Assembly (NCBI RefSeq): GCF_004010195.1
Contig: NW_025215008.1
Coordinates: 1-58,348, forward strand
Reading direction: 5' to 3'
Length of the DNA stretch: 58,348 nucleotides
Origin: Chiloscyllium plagiosum
Taxonomy: Eukaryota
In this document: in pieces, positions 24,701-36,700 of the stretch
Layout: every line of letters starts with the position of its first letter
How positions within the stretch are numbered: position 1 is the first letter of the stretch
Made by a program: the position numbers and the translations under genes
The notes under the pieces: model-generated
Databases searched by the model: none
The model's input: only the letters and a program-made list of their open reading frames with translations
What the model was told of the DNA's origin: nothing

Positions 24701-27700
24701 CGCGAGGGTGAGAGAGAGCGCGCGAGGGTGAGAGAGAGCGCGCGAGGGTGAGAGAGAGCGCGCGAGGGTGAGAGAGAGCGCGCGAGGGTGAGAGAGAGCG
24801 CGCGAGGGTGAGAGAGAGCGCGCGAGGGTGAGAGAGAGCGCGCGAGGGTGAGAGAGAGCGCGCGAGGGTGAGAGAGAGCGCGCGAGGGTGAGAGAGAGCG
24901 CGCGAGGGTGAGAGAGAGCGCGCGAGGGTGAGAGAGAGCGCGCGAGGGTGAGAGAGAGCGCGCGAGGGTGAGAGAGAGCGCGCGAGGGTGAGAGAGAGCG
25001 CGCGAGGGTGAGAGAGAGCGCGCGAGGGTGAGAGAGAGCGCGCGAGGGTGAGAGAGAGCGCGCGAGGGTGAGAGAGAGCGCGCGAGGGTGAGAGAGAGCG
25101 CGCGAGGGTGAGAGAGAGCGCGCGAGGGTGAGAGAGAGCGCGCGAGGGTGAGAGAGAGCGCGCGAGGGTGAGAGAGAGCGCGCGAGGGTGAGAGAGAGCG
25201 CGCGAGGGTGAGAGAGAGCGCGCGAGGGTGAGAGAGAGCGCGCGAGGGTGAGAGAGAGCGCGCGAGGGTGAGAGAGAGCGCGCGAGGGTGAGAGAGAGCG
25301 CGCGAGGGTGAGAGAGAGCGCGCGAGGGTGAGAGAGAGCGCGCGAGGGTGAGAGAGAGCGCGCGAGGGTGAGAGAGAGCGCGCGAGGGTGAGAGAGAGCG
25401 CGCGAGGGTGAGAGAGAGCGCGCGAGGGTGAGAGAGAGCGCGCGAGGGTGAGAGAGAGCGCGCGAGGGTGAGAGAGAGCGCGCGAGGGTGAGAGAGAGCG
25501 CGCGAGGGTGAGAGAGAGCGCGCGAGGGTGAGAGAGAGCGCGCGAGGGTGAGAGAGAGCGCGCGAGGGTGAGAGAGAGCGCGCGAGGGTGAGAGAGAGCG
25601 CGCGAGGGTGAGAGAGAGCGCGCGAGGGTGAGAGAGAGCGCGCGAGGGTGAGAGAGAGCGCGCGAGGGTGAGAGAGAGCGCGCGAGGGTGAGAGAGAGCG
25701 CGCGAGGGTGAGAGAGAGCGCGCGAGGGTGAGAGAGAGCGCGCGAGGGTGAGAGAGAGCGCGCGAGGGTGAGAGAGAGCGCGCGAGGGTGAGAGAGAGCG
25801 CGCGAGGGTGAGAGAGAGCGCGCGAGGGTGAGAGAGAGCGCGCGAGGGTGAGAGAGAGCGCGCGAGGGTGAGAGAGAGCGCGCGAGGGTGAGAGAGAGCG
25901 CGCGAGGGTGAGAGAGAGCGCGCGAGGGTGAGAGAGAGCGCGCGAGGGTGAGAGAGAGCGCGCGAGGGTGAGAGAGAGCGCGCGAGGGTGAGAGAGAGCG
26001 CGCGAGGGTGAGAGAGAGCGCGCGAGGGTGAGAGAGAGCGCGCGAGGGTGAGAGAGAGCGCGCGAGGGTGAGAGAGAGCGCGCGAGGGTGAGAGAGAGCG
26101 CGCGAGGGTGAGAGAGAGCGCGCGAGGGTGAGAGAGAGCGCGCGAGGGTGAGAGAGAGCGCGCGAGGGTGAGAGAGAGCGCGCGAGGGTGAGAGAGAGCG
26201 CGCGAGGGTGAGAGAGAGCGCGCGAGGGTGAGAGAGAGCGCGCGAGGGTGAGAGAGAGCGCGCGAGGGTGAGAGAGAGCGCGCGAGGGTGAGAGAGAGCG
26301 CGCGAGGGTGAGAGAGAGCGCGCGAGGGTGAGAGAGAGCGCGCGAGGGTGAGAGAGAGCGCGCGAGGGTGAGAGAGAGCGCGCGAGGGTGAGAGAGAGCG
26401 CGCGAGGGTGAGAGAGAGCGCGCGAGGGTGAGAGAGAGCGCGCGAGGGTGAGAGAGAGCGCGCGAGGGTGAGAGAGAGCGCGCGAGGGTGAGAGAGAGCG
26501 CGCGAGGGTGAGAGAGAGCGCGCGAGGGTGAGAGAGAGCGCGCGAGGGTGAGAGAGAGCGCGCGAGGGTGAGAGAGAGCGCGCGAGGGTGAGAGAGAGCG
26601 CGCGAGGGTGAGAGAGAGCGCGCGAGGGTGAGAGAGAGCGCGCGAGGGTGAGAGAGAGCGCGCGAGGGTGAGAGAGAGCGCGCGAGGGTGAGAGAGAGCG
26701 CGCGAGGGTGAGAGAGAGCGCGCGAGGGTGAGAGAGAGCGCGCGAGGGTGAGAGAGAGCGCGCGAGGGTGAGAGAGAGCGCGCGAGGGTGAGAGAGAGCG
26801 CGCGAGGGTGAGAGAGAGCGCGCGAGGGTGAGAGAGAGCGCGCGAGGGTGAGAGAGAGCGCGCGAGGGTGAGAGAGAGCGCGCGAGGGTGAGAGAGAGCG
26901 CGCGAGGGTGAGAGAGAGCGCGCGAGGGTGAGAGAGAGCGCGCGAGGGTGAGAGAGAGCGCGCGAGGGTGAGAGAGAGCGCGCGAGGGTGAGAGAGAGCG
27001 CGCGAGGGTGAGAGAGAGCGCGCGAGGGTGAGAGAGAGCGCGCGAGGGTGAGAGAGAGCGCGCGAGGGTGAGAGAGAGCGCGCGAGGGTGAGAGAGAGCG
27101 CGCGAGGGTGAGAGAGAGCGCGCGAGGGTGAGAGAGAGCGCGCGAGGGTGAGAGAGAGCGCGCGAGGGTGAGAGAGAGCGCGCGAGGGTGAGAGAGAGCG
27201 CGCGAGGGTGAGAGAGAGCGCGCGAGGGTGAGAGAGAGCGCGCGAGGGTGAGAGAGAGCGCGCGAGGGTGAGAGAGAGCGCGCGAGGGTGAGAGAGAGCG
27301 CGCGAGGGTGAGAGAGAGCGCGCGAGGGTGAGAGAGAGCGCGCGAGGGTGAGAGAGAGCGCGCGAGGGTGAGAGAGAGCGCGCGAGGGTGAGAGAGAGCG
27401 CGCGAGGGTGAGAGAGAGCGCGCGAGGGTGAGAGAGAGCGCGCGAGGGTGAGAGAGAGCGCGCGAGGGTGAGAGAGAGCGCGCGAGGGTGAGAGAGAGCG
27501 CGCGAGGGTGAGAGAGAGCGCGCGAGGGTGAGAGAGAGCGCGCGAGGGTGAGAGAGAGCGCGCGAGGGTGAGAGAGAGCGCGCGAGGGTGAGAGAGAGCG
27601 CGCGAGGGTGAGAGAGAGCGCGCGAGGGTGAGAGAGAGCGCGCGAGGGTGAGAGAGAGCGCGCGAGGGTGAGAGAGAGCGCGCGAGGGTGAGAGAGAGCG

Positions 27701-30700
27701 CGCGAGGGTGAGAGAGAGCGCGCGAGGGTGAGAGAGAGCGCGCGAGGGTGAGAGAGAGCGCGCGAGGGTGAGAGAGAGCGCGCGAGGGTGAGAGAGAGCG
27801 CGCGAGGGTGAGAGAGAGCGCGCGAGGGTGAGAGAGAGCGCGCGAGGGTGAGAGAGAGCGCGCGAGGGTGAGAGAGAGCGCGCGAGGGTGAGAGAGAGCG
27901 CGCGAGGGTGAGAGAGAGCGCGCGAGGGTGAGAGAGAGCGCGCGAGGGTGAGAGAGAGCGCGCGAGGGTGAGAGAGAGCGCGCGAGGGTGAGAGAGAGCG
28001 CGCGAGGGTGAGAGAGAGCGCGCGAGGGTGAGAGAGAGCGCGCGAGGGTGAGAGAGAGCGCGCGAGGGTGAGAGAGAGCGCGCGAGGGTGAGAGAGAGCG
28101 CGCGAGGGTGAGAGAGAGCGCGCGAGGGTGAGAGAGAGCGCGCGAGGGTGAGAGAGAGCGCGCGAGGGTGAGAGAGAGCGCGCGAGGGTGAGAGAGAGCG
28201 CGCGAGGGTGAGAGAGAGCGCGCGAGGGTGAGAGAGAGCGCGCGAGGGTGAGAGAGAGCGCGCGAGGGTGAGAGAGAGCGCGCGAGGGTGAGAGAGAGCG
28301 CGCGAGGGTGAGAGAGAGCGCGCGAGGGTGAGAGAGAGCGCGCGAGGGTGAGAGAGAGCGCGCGAGGGTGAGAGAGAGCGCGCGAGGGTGAGAGAGAGCG
28401 CGCGAGGGTGAGAGAGAGCGCGCGAGGGTGAGAGAGAGCGCGCGAGGGTGAGAGAGAGCGCGCGAGGGTGAGAGAGAGCGCGCGAGGGTGAGAGAGAGCG
28501 CGCGAGGGTGAGAGAGAGCGCGCGAGGGTGAGAGAGAGCGCGCGAGGGTGAGAGAGAGCGCGCGAGGGTGAGAGAGAGCGCGCGAGGGTGAGAGAGAGCG
28601 CGCGAGGGTGAGAGAGAGCGCGCGAGGGTGAGAGAGAGCGCGCGAGGGTGAGAGAGAGCGCGCGAGGGTGAGAGAGAGCGCGCGAGGGTGAGAGAGAGCG
28701 CGCGAGGGTGAGAGAGAGCGCGCGAGGGTGAGAGAGAGCGCGCGAGGGTGAGAGAGAGCGCGCGAGGGTGAGAGAGAGCGCGCGAGGGTGAGAGAGAGCG
28801 CGCGAGGGTGAGAGAGAGCGCGCGAGGGTGAGAGAGAGCGCGCGAGGGTGAGAGAGAGCGCGCGAGGGTGAGAGAGAGCGCGCGAGGGTGAGAGAGAGCG
28901 CGCGAGGGTGAGAGAGAGCGCGCGAGGGTGAGAGAGAGCGCGCGAGGGTGAGAGAGAGCGCGCGAGGGTGAGAGAGAGCGCGCGAGGGTGAGAGAGAGCG
29001 CGCGAGGGTGAGAGAGAGCGCGCGAGGGTGAGAGAGAGCGCGCGAGGGTGAGAGAGAGCGCGCGAGGGTGAGAGAGAGCGCGCGAGGGTGAGAGAGAGCG
29101 CGCGAGGGTGAGAGAGAGCGCGCGAGGGTGAGAGAGAGCGCGCGAGGGTGAGAGAGAGCGCGCGAGGGTGAGAGAGAGCGCGCGAGGGTGAGAGAGAGCG
29201 CGCGAGGGTGAGAGAGAGCGCGCGAGGGTGAGAGAGAGCGCGCGAGGGTGAGAGAGAGCGCGCGAGGGTGAGAGAGAGCGCGCGAGGGTGAGAGAGAGCG
29301 CGCGAGGGTGAGAGAGAGCGCGCGAGGGTGAGAGAGAGCGCGCGAGGGTGAGAGAGAGCGCGCGAGGGTGAGAGAGAGCGCGCGAGGGTGAGAGAGAGCG
29401 CGCGAGGGTGAGAGAGAGCGCGCGAGGGTGAGAGAGAGCGCGCGAGGGTGAGAGAGAGCGCGCGAGGGTGAGAGAGAGCGCGCGAGGGTGAGAGAGAGCG
29501 CGCGAGGGTGAGAGAGAGCGCGCGAGGGTGAGAGAGAGCGCGCGAGGGTGAGAGAGAGCGCGCGAGGGTGAGAGAGAGCGCGCGAGGGTGAGAGAGAGCG
29601 CGCGAGGGTGAGAGAGAGCGCGCGAGGGTGAGAGAGAGCGCGCGAGGGTGAGAGAGAGCGCGCGAGGGTGAGAGAGAGCGCGCGAGGGTGAGAGAGAGCG
29701 CGCGAGGGTGAGAGAGAGCGCGCGAGGGTGAGAGAGAGCGCGCGAGGGTGAGAGAGAGCGCGCGAGGGTGAGAGAGAGCGCGCGAGGGTGAGAGAGAGCG
29801 CGCGAGGGTGAGAGAGAGCGCGCGAGGGTGAGAGAGAGCGCGCGAGGGTGAGAGAGAGCGCGCGAGGGTGAGAGAGAGCGCGCGAGGGTGAGAGAGAGCG
29901 CGCGAGGGTGAGAGAGAGCGCGCGAGGGTGAGAGAGAGCGCGCGAGGGTGAGAGAGAGCGCGCGAGGGTGAGAGAGAGCGCGCGAGGGTGAGAGAGAGCG
30001 CGCGAGGGTGAGAGAGAGCGCGCGAGGGTGAGAGAGAGCGCGCGAGGGTGAGAGAGAGCGCGCGAGGGTGAGAGAGAGCGCGCGAGGGTGAGAGAGAGCG
30101 CGCGAGGGTGAGAGAGAGCGCGCGAGGGTGAGAGAGAGCGCGCGAGGGTGAGAGAGAGCGCGCGAGGGTGAGAGAGAGCGCGCGAGGGTGAGAGAGAGCG
30201 CGCGAGGGTGAGAGAGAGCGCGCGAGGGTGAGAGAGAGCGCGCGAGGGTGAGAGAGAGCGCGCGAGGGTGAGAGAGAGCGCGCGAGGGTGAGAGAGAGCG
30301 CGCGAGGGTGAGAGAGAGCGCGCGAGGGTGAGAGAGAGCGCGCGAGGGTGAGAGAGAGCGCGCGAGGGTGAGAGAGAGCGCGCGAGGGTGAGAGAGAGCG
30401 CGCGAGGGTGAGAGAGAGCGCGCGAGGGTGAGAGAGAGCGCGCGAGGGTGAGAGAGAGCGCGCGAGGGTGAGAGAGAGCGCGCGAGGGTGAGAGAGAGCG
30501 CGCGAGGGTGAGAGAGAGCGCGCGAGGGTGAGAGAGAGCGCGCGAGGGTGAGAGAGAGCGCGCGAGGGTGAGAGAGAGCGCGCGAGGGTGAGAGAGAGCG
30601 CGCGAGGGTGAGAGAGAGCGCGCGAGGGTGAGAGAGAGCGCGCGAGGGTGAGAGAGAGCGCGCGAGGGTGAGAGAGAGCGCGCGAGGGTGAGAGAGAGCG

Positions 30701-33700
30701 CGCGAGGGTGAGAGAGAGCGCGCGAGGGTGAGAGAGAGCGCGCGAGGGTGAGAGAGAGCGCGCGAGGGTGAGAGAGAGCGCGCGAGGGTGAGAGAGAGCG
30801 CGCGAGGGTGAGAGAGAGCGCGCGAGGGTGAGAGAGAGCGCGCGAGGGTGAGAGAGAGCGCGCGAGGGTGAGAGAGAGCGCGCGAGGGTGAGAGAGAGCG
30901 CGCGAGGGTGAGAGAGAGCGCGCGAGGGTGAGAGAGAGCGCGCGAGGGTGAGAGAGAGCGCGCGAGGGTGAGAGAGAGCGCGCGAGGGTGAGAGAGAGCG
31001 CGCGAGGGTGAGAGAGAGCGCGCGAGGGTGAGAGAGAGCGCGCGAGGGTGAGAGAGAGCGCGCGAGGGTGAGAGAGAGCGCGCGAGGGTGAGAGAGAGCG
31101 CGCGAGGGTGAGAGAGAGCGCGCGAGGGTGAGAGAGAGCGCGCGAGGGTGAGAGAGAGCGCGCGAGGGTGAGAGAGAGCGCGCGAGGGTGAGAGAGAGCG
31201 CGCGAGGGTGAGAGAGAGCGCGCGAGGGTGAGAGAGAGCGCGCGAGGGTGAGAGAGAGCGCGCGAGGGTGAGAGAGAGCGCGCGAGGGTGAGAGAGAGCG
31301 CGCGAGGGTGAGAGAGAGCGCGCGAGGGTGAGAGAGAGCGCGCGAGGGTGAGAGAGAGCGCGCGAGGGTGAGAGAGAGCGCGCGAGGGTGAGAGAGAGCG
31401 CGCGAGGGTGAGAGAGAGCGCGCGAGGGTGAGAGAGAGCGCGCGAGGGTGAGAGAGAGCGCGCGAGGGTGAGAGAGAGCGCGCGAGGGTGAGAGAGAGCG
31501 CGCGAGGGTGAGAGAGAGCGCGCGAGGGTGAGAGAGAGCGCGCGAGGGTGAGAGAGAGCGCGCGAGGGTGAGAGAGAGCGCGCGAGGGTGAGAGAGAGCG
31601 CGCGAGGGTGAGAGAGAGCGCGCGAGGGTGAGAGAGAGCGCGCGAGGGTGAGAGAGAGCGCGCGAGGGTGAGAGAGAGCGCGCGAGGGTGAGAGAGAGCG
31701 CGCGAGGGTGAGAGAGAGCGCGCGAGGGTGAGAGAGAGCGCGCGAGGGTGAGAGAGAGCGCGCGAGGGTGAGAGAGAGCGCGCGAGGGTGAGAGAGAGCG
31801 CGCGAGGGTGAGAGAGAGCGCGCGAGGGTGAGAGAGAGCGCGCGAGGGTGAGAGAGAGCGCGCGAGGGTGAGAGAGAGCGCGCGAGGGTGAGAGAGAGCG
31901 CGCGAGGGTGAGAGAGAGCGCGCGAGGGTGAGAGAGAGCGCGCGAGGGTGAGAGAGAGCGCGCGAGGGTGAGAGAGAGCGCGCGAGGGTGAGAGAGAGCG
32001 CGCGAGGGTGAGAGAGAGCGCGCGAGGGTGAGAGAGAGCGCGCGAGGGTGAGAGAGAGCGCGCGAGGGTGAGAGAGAGCGCGCGAGGGTGAGAGAGAGCG
32101 CGCGAGGGTGAGAGAGAGCGCGCGAGGGTGAGAGAGAGCGCGCGAGGGTGAGAGAGAGCGCGCGAGGGTGAGAGAGAGCGCGCGAGGGTGAGAGAGAGCG
32201 CGCGAGGGTGAGAGAGAGCGCGCGAGGGTGAGAGAGAGCGCGCGAGGGTGAGAGAGAGCGCGCGAGGGTGAGAGAGAGCGCGCGAGGGTGAGAGAGAGCG
32301 CGCGAGGGTGAGAGAGAGCGCGCGAGGGTGAGAGAGAGCGCGCGAGGGTGAGAGAGAGCGCGCGAGGGTGAGAGAGAGCGCGCGAGGGTGAGAGAGAGCG
32401 CGCGAGGGTGAGAGAGAGCGCGCGAGGGTGAGAGAGAGCGCGCGAGGGTGAGAGAGAGCGCGCGAGGGTGAGAGAGAGCGCGCGAGGGTGAGAGAGAGCG
32501 CGCGAGGGTGAGAGAGAGCGCGCGAGGGTGAGAGAGAGCGCGCGAGGGTGAGAGAGAGCGCGCGAGGGTGAGAGAGAGCGCGCGAGGGTGAGAGAGAGCG
32601 CGCGAGGGTGAGAGAGAGCGCGCGAGGGTGAGAGAGAGCGCGCGAGGGTGAGAGAGAGCGCGCGAGGGTGAGAGAGAGCGCGCGAGGGTGAGAGAGAGCG
32701 CGCGAGGGTGAGAGAGAGCGCGCGAGGGTGAGAGAGAGCGCGCGAGGGTGAGAGAGAGCGCGCGAGGGTGAGAGAGAGCGCGCGAGGGTGAGAGAGAGCG
32801 CGCGAGGGTGAGAGAGAGCGCGCGAGGGTGAGAGAGAGCGCGCGAGGGTGAGAGAGAGCGCGCGAGGGTGAGAGAGAGCGCGCGAGGGTGAGAGAGAGCG
32901 CGCGAGGGTGAGAGAGAGCGCGCGAGGGTGAGAGAGAGCGCGCGAGGGTGAGAGAGAGCGCGCGAGGGTGAGAGAGAGCGCGCGAGGGTGAGAGAGAGCG
33001 CGCGAGGGTGAGAGAGAGCGCGCGAGGGTGAGAGAGAGCGCGCGAGGGTGAGAGAGAGCGCGCGAGGGTGAGAGAGAGCGCGCGAGGGTGAGAGAGAGCG
33101 CGCGAGGGTGAGAGAGAGCGCGCGAGGGTGAGAGAGAGCGCGCGAGGGTGAGAGAGAGCGCGCGAGGGTGAGAGAGAGCGCGCGAGGGTGAGAGAGAGCG
33201 CGCGAGGGTGAGAGAGAGCGCGCGAGGGTGAGAGAGAGCGCGCGAGGGTGAGAGAGAGCGCGCGAGGGTGAGAGAGAGCGCGCGAGGGTGAGAGAGAGCG
33301 CGCGAGGGTGAGAGAGAGCGCGCGAGGGTGAGAGAGAGCGCGCGAGGGTGAGAGAGAGCGCGCGAGGGTGAGAGAGAGCGCGCGAGGGTGAGAGAGAGCG
33401 CGCGAGGGTGAGAGAGAGCGCGCGAGGGTGAGAGAGAGCGCGCGAGGGTGAGAGAGAGCGCGCGAGGGTGAGAGAGAGCGCGCGAGGGTGAGAGAGAGCG
33501 CGCGAGGGTGAGAGAGAGCGCGCGAGGGTGAGAGAGAGCGCGCGAGGGTGAGAGAGAGCGCGCGAGGGTGAGAGAGAGCGCGCGAGGGTGAGAGAGAGCG
33601 CGCGAGGGTGAGAGAGAGCGCGCGAGGGTGAGAGAGAGCGCGCGAGGGTGAGAGAGAGCGCGCGAGGGTGAGAGAGAGCGCGCGAGGGTGAGAGAGAGCG

Positions 33701-36700
33701 CGCGAGGGTGAGAGAGAGCGCGCGAGGGTGAGAGAGAGCGCGCGAGGGTGAGAGAGAGCGCGCGAGGGTGAGAGAGAGCGCGCGAGGGTGAGAGAGAGCG
33801 CGCGAGGGTGAGAGAGAGCGCGCGAGGGTGAGAGAGAGCGCGCGAGGGTGAGAGAGAGCGCGCGAGGGTGAGAGAGAGCGCGCGAGGGTGAGAGAGAGCG
33901 CGCGAGGGTGAGAGAGAGCGCGCGAGGGTGAGAGAGAGCGCGCGAGGGTGAGAGAGAGCGCGCGAGGGTGAGAGAGAGCGCGCGAGGGTGAGAGAGAGCG
34001 CGCGAGGGTGAGAGAGAGCGCGCGAGGGTGAGAGAGAGCGCGCGAGGGTGAGAGAGAGCGCGCGAGGGTGAGAGAGAGCGCGCGAGGGTGAGAGAGAGCG
34101 CGCGAGGGTGAGAGAGAGCGCGCGAGGGTGAGAGAGAGCGCGCGAGGGTGAGAGAGAGCGCGCGAGGGTGAGAGAGAGCGCGCGAGGGTGAGAGAGAGCG
34201 CGCGAGGGTGAGAGAGAGCGCGCGAGGGTGAGAGAGAGCGCGCGAGGGTGAGAGAGAGCGCGCGAGGGTGAGAGAGAGCGCGCGAGGGTGAGAGAGAGCG
34301 CGCGAGGGTGAGAGAGAGCGCGCGAGGGTGAGAGAGAGCGCGCGAGGGTGAGAGAGAGCGCGCGAGGGTGAGAGAGAGCGCGCGAGGGTGAGAGAGAGCG
34401 CGCGAGGGTGAGAGAGAGCGCGCGAGGGTGAGAGAGAGCGCGCGAGGGTGAGAGAGAGCGCGCGAGGGTGAGAGAGAGCGCGCGAGGGTGAGAGAGAGCG
34501 CGCGAGGGTGAGAGAGAGCGCGCGAGGGTGAGAGAGAGCGCGCGAGGGTGAGAGAGAGCGCGCGAGGGTGAGAGAGAGCGCGCGAGGGTGAGAGAGAGCG
34601 CGCGAGGGTGAGAGAGAGCGCGCGAGGGTGAGAGAGAGCGCGCGAGGGTGAGAGAGAGCGCGCGAGGGTGAGAGAGAGCGCGCGAGGGTGAGAGAGAGCG
34701 CGCGAGGGTGAGAGAGAGCGCGCGAGGGTGAGAGAGAGCGCGCGAGGGTGAGAGAGAGCGCGCGAGGGTGAGAGAGAGCGCGCGAGGGTGAGAGAGAGCG
34801 CGCGAGGGTGAGAGAGAGCGCGCGAGGGTGAGAGAGAGCGCGCGAGGGTGAGAGAGAGCGCGCGAGGGTGAGAGAGAGCGCGCGAGGGTGAGAGAGAGCG
34901 CGCGAGGGTGAGAGAGAGCGCGCGAGGGTGAGAGAGAGCGCGCGAGGGTGAGAGAGAGCGCGCGAGGGTGAGAGAGAGCGCGCGAGGGTGAGAGAGAGCG
35001 CGCGAGGGTGAGAGAGAGCGCGCGAGGGTGAGAGAGAGCGCGCGAGGGTGAGAGAGAGCGCGCGAGGGTGAGAGAGAGCGCGCGAGGGTGAGAGAGAGCG
35101 CGCGAGGGTGAGAGAGAGCGCGCGAGGGTGAGAGAGAGCGCGCGAGGGTGAGAGAGAGCGCGCGAGGGTGAGAGAGAGCGCGCGAGGGTGAGAGAGAGCG
35201 CGCGAGGGTGAGAGAGAGCGCGCGAGGGTGAGAGAGAGCGCGCGAGGGTGAGAGAGAGCGCGCGAGGGTGAGAGAGAGCGCGCGAGGGTGAGAGAGAGCG
35301 CGCGAGGGTGAGAGAGAGCGCGCGAGGGTGAGAGAGAGCGCGCGAGGGTGAGAGAGAGCGCGCGAGGGTGAGAGAGAGCGCGCGAGGGTGAGAGAGAGCG
35401 CGCGAGGGTGAGAGAGAGCGCGCGAGGGTGAGAGAGAGCGCGCGAGGGTGAGAGAGAGCGCGCGAGGGTGAGAGAGAGCGCGCGAGGGTGAGAGAGAGCG
35501 CGCGAGGGTGAGAGAGAGCGCGCGAGGGTGAGAGAGAGCGCGCGAGGGTGAGAGAGAGCGCGCGAGGGTGAGAGAGAGCGCGCGAGGGTGAGAGAGAGCG
35601 CGCGAGGGTGAGAGAGAGCGCGCGAGGGTGAGAGAGAGCGCGCGAGGGTGAGAGAGAGCGCGCGAGGGTGAGAGAGAGCGCGCGAGGGTGAGAGAGAGCG
35701 CGCGAGGGTGAGAGAGAGCGCGCGAGGGTGAGAGAGAGCGCGCGAGGGTGAGAGAGAGCGCGCGAGGGTGAGAGAGAGCGCGCGAGGGTGAGAGAGAGCG
35801 CGCGAGGGTGAGAGAGAGCGCGCGAGGGTGAGAGAGAGCGCGCGAGGGTGAGAGAGAGCGCGCGAGGGTGAGAGAGAGCGCGCGAGGGTGAGAGAGAGCG
35901 CGCGAGGGTGAGAGAGAGCGCGCGAGGGTGAGAGAGAGCGCGCGAGGGTGAGAGAGAGCGCGCGAGGGTGAGAGAGAGCGCGCGAGGGTGAGAGAGAGCG
36001 CGCGAGGGTGAGAGAGAGCGCGCGAGGGTGAGAGAGAGCGCGCGAGGGTGAGAGAGAGCGCGCGAGGGTGAGAGAGAGCGCGCGAGGGTGAGAGAGAGCG
36101 CGCGAGGGTGAGAGAGAGCGCGCGAGGGTGAGAGAGAGCGCGCGAGGGTGAGAGAGAGCGCGCGAGGGTGAGAGAGAGCGCGCGAGGGTGAGAGAGAGCG
36201 CGCGAGGGTGAGAGAGAGCGCGCGAGGGTGAGAGAGAGCGCGCGAGGGTGAGAGAGAGCGCGCGAGGGTGAGAGAGAGCGCGCGAGGGTGAGAGAGAGCG
36301 CGCGAGGGTGAGAGAGAGCGCGCGAGGGTGAGAGAGAGCGCGCGAGGGTGAGAGAGAGCGCGCGAGGGTGAGAGAGAGCGCGCGAGGGTGAGAGAGAGCG
36401 CGCGAGGGTGAGAGAGAGCGCGCGAGGGTGAGAGAGAGCGCGCGAGGGTGAGAGAGAGCGCGCGAGGGTGAGAGAGAGCGCGCGAGGGTGAGAGAGAGCG
36501 CGCGAGGGTGAGAGAGAGCGCGCGAGGGTGAGAGAGAGCGCGCGAGGGTGAGAGAGAGCGCGCGAGGGTGAGAGAGAGCGCGCGAGGGTGAGAGAGAGCG
36601 CGCGAGGGTGAGAGAGAGCGCGCGAGGGTGAGAGAGAGCGCGCGAGGGTGAGAGAGAGCGCGCGAGGGTGAGAGAGAGCGCGCGAGGGTGAGAGAGAGCG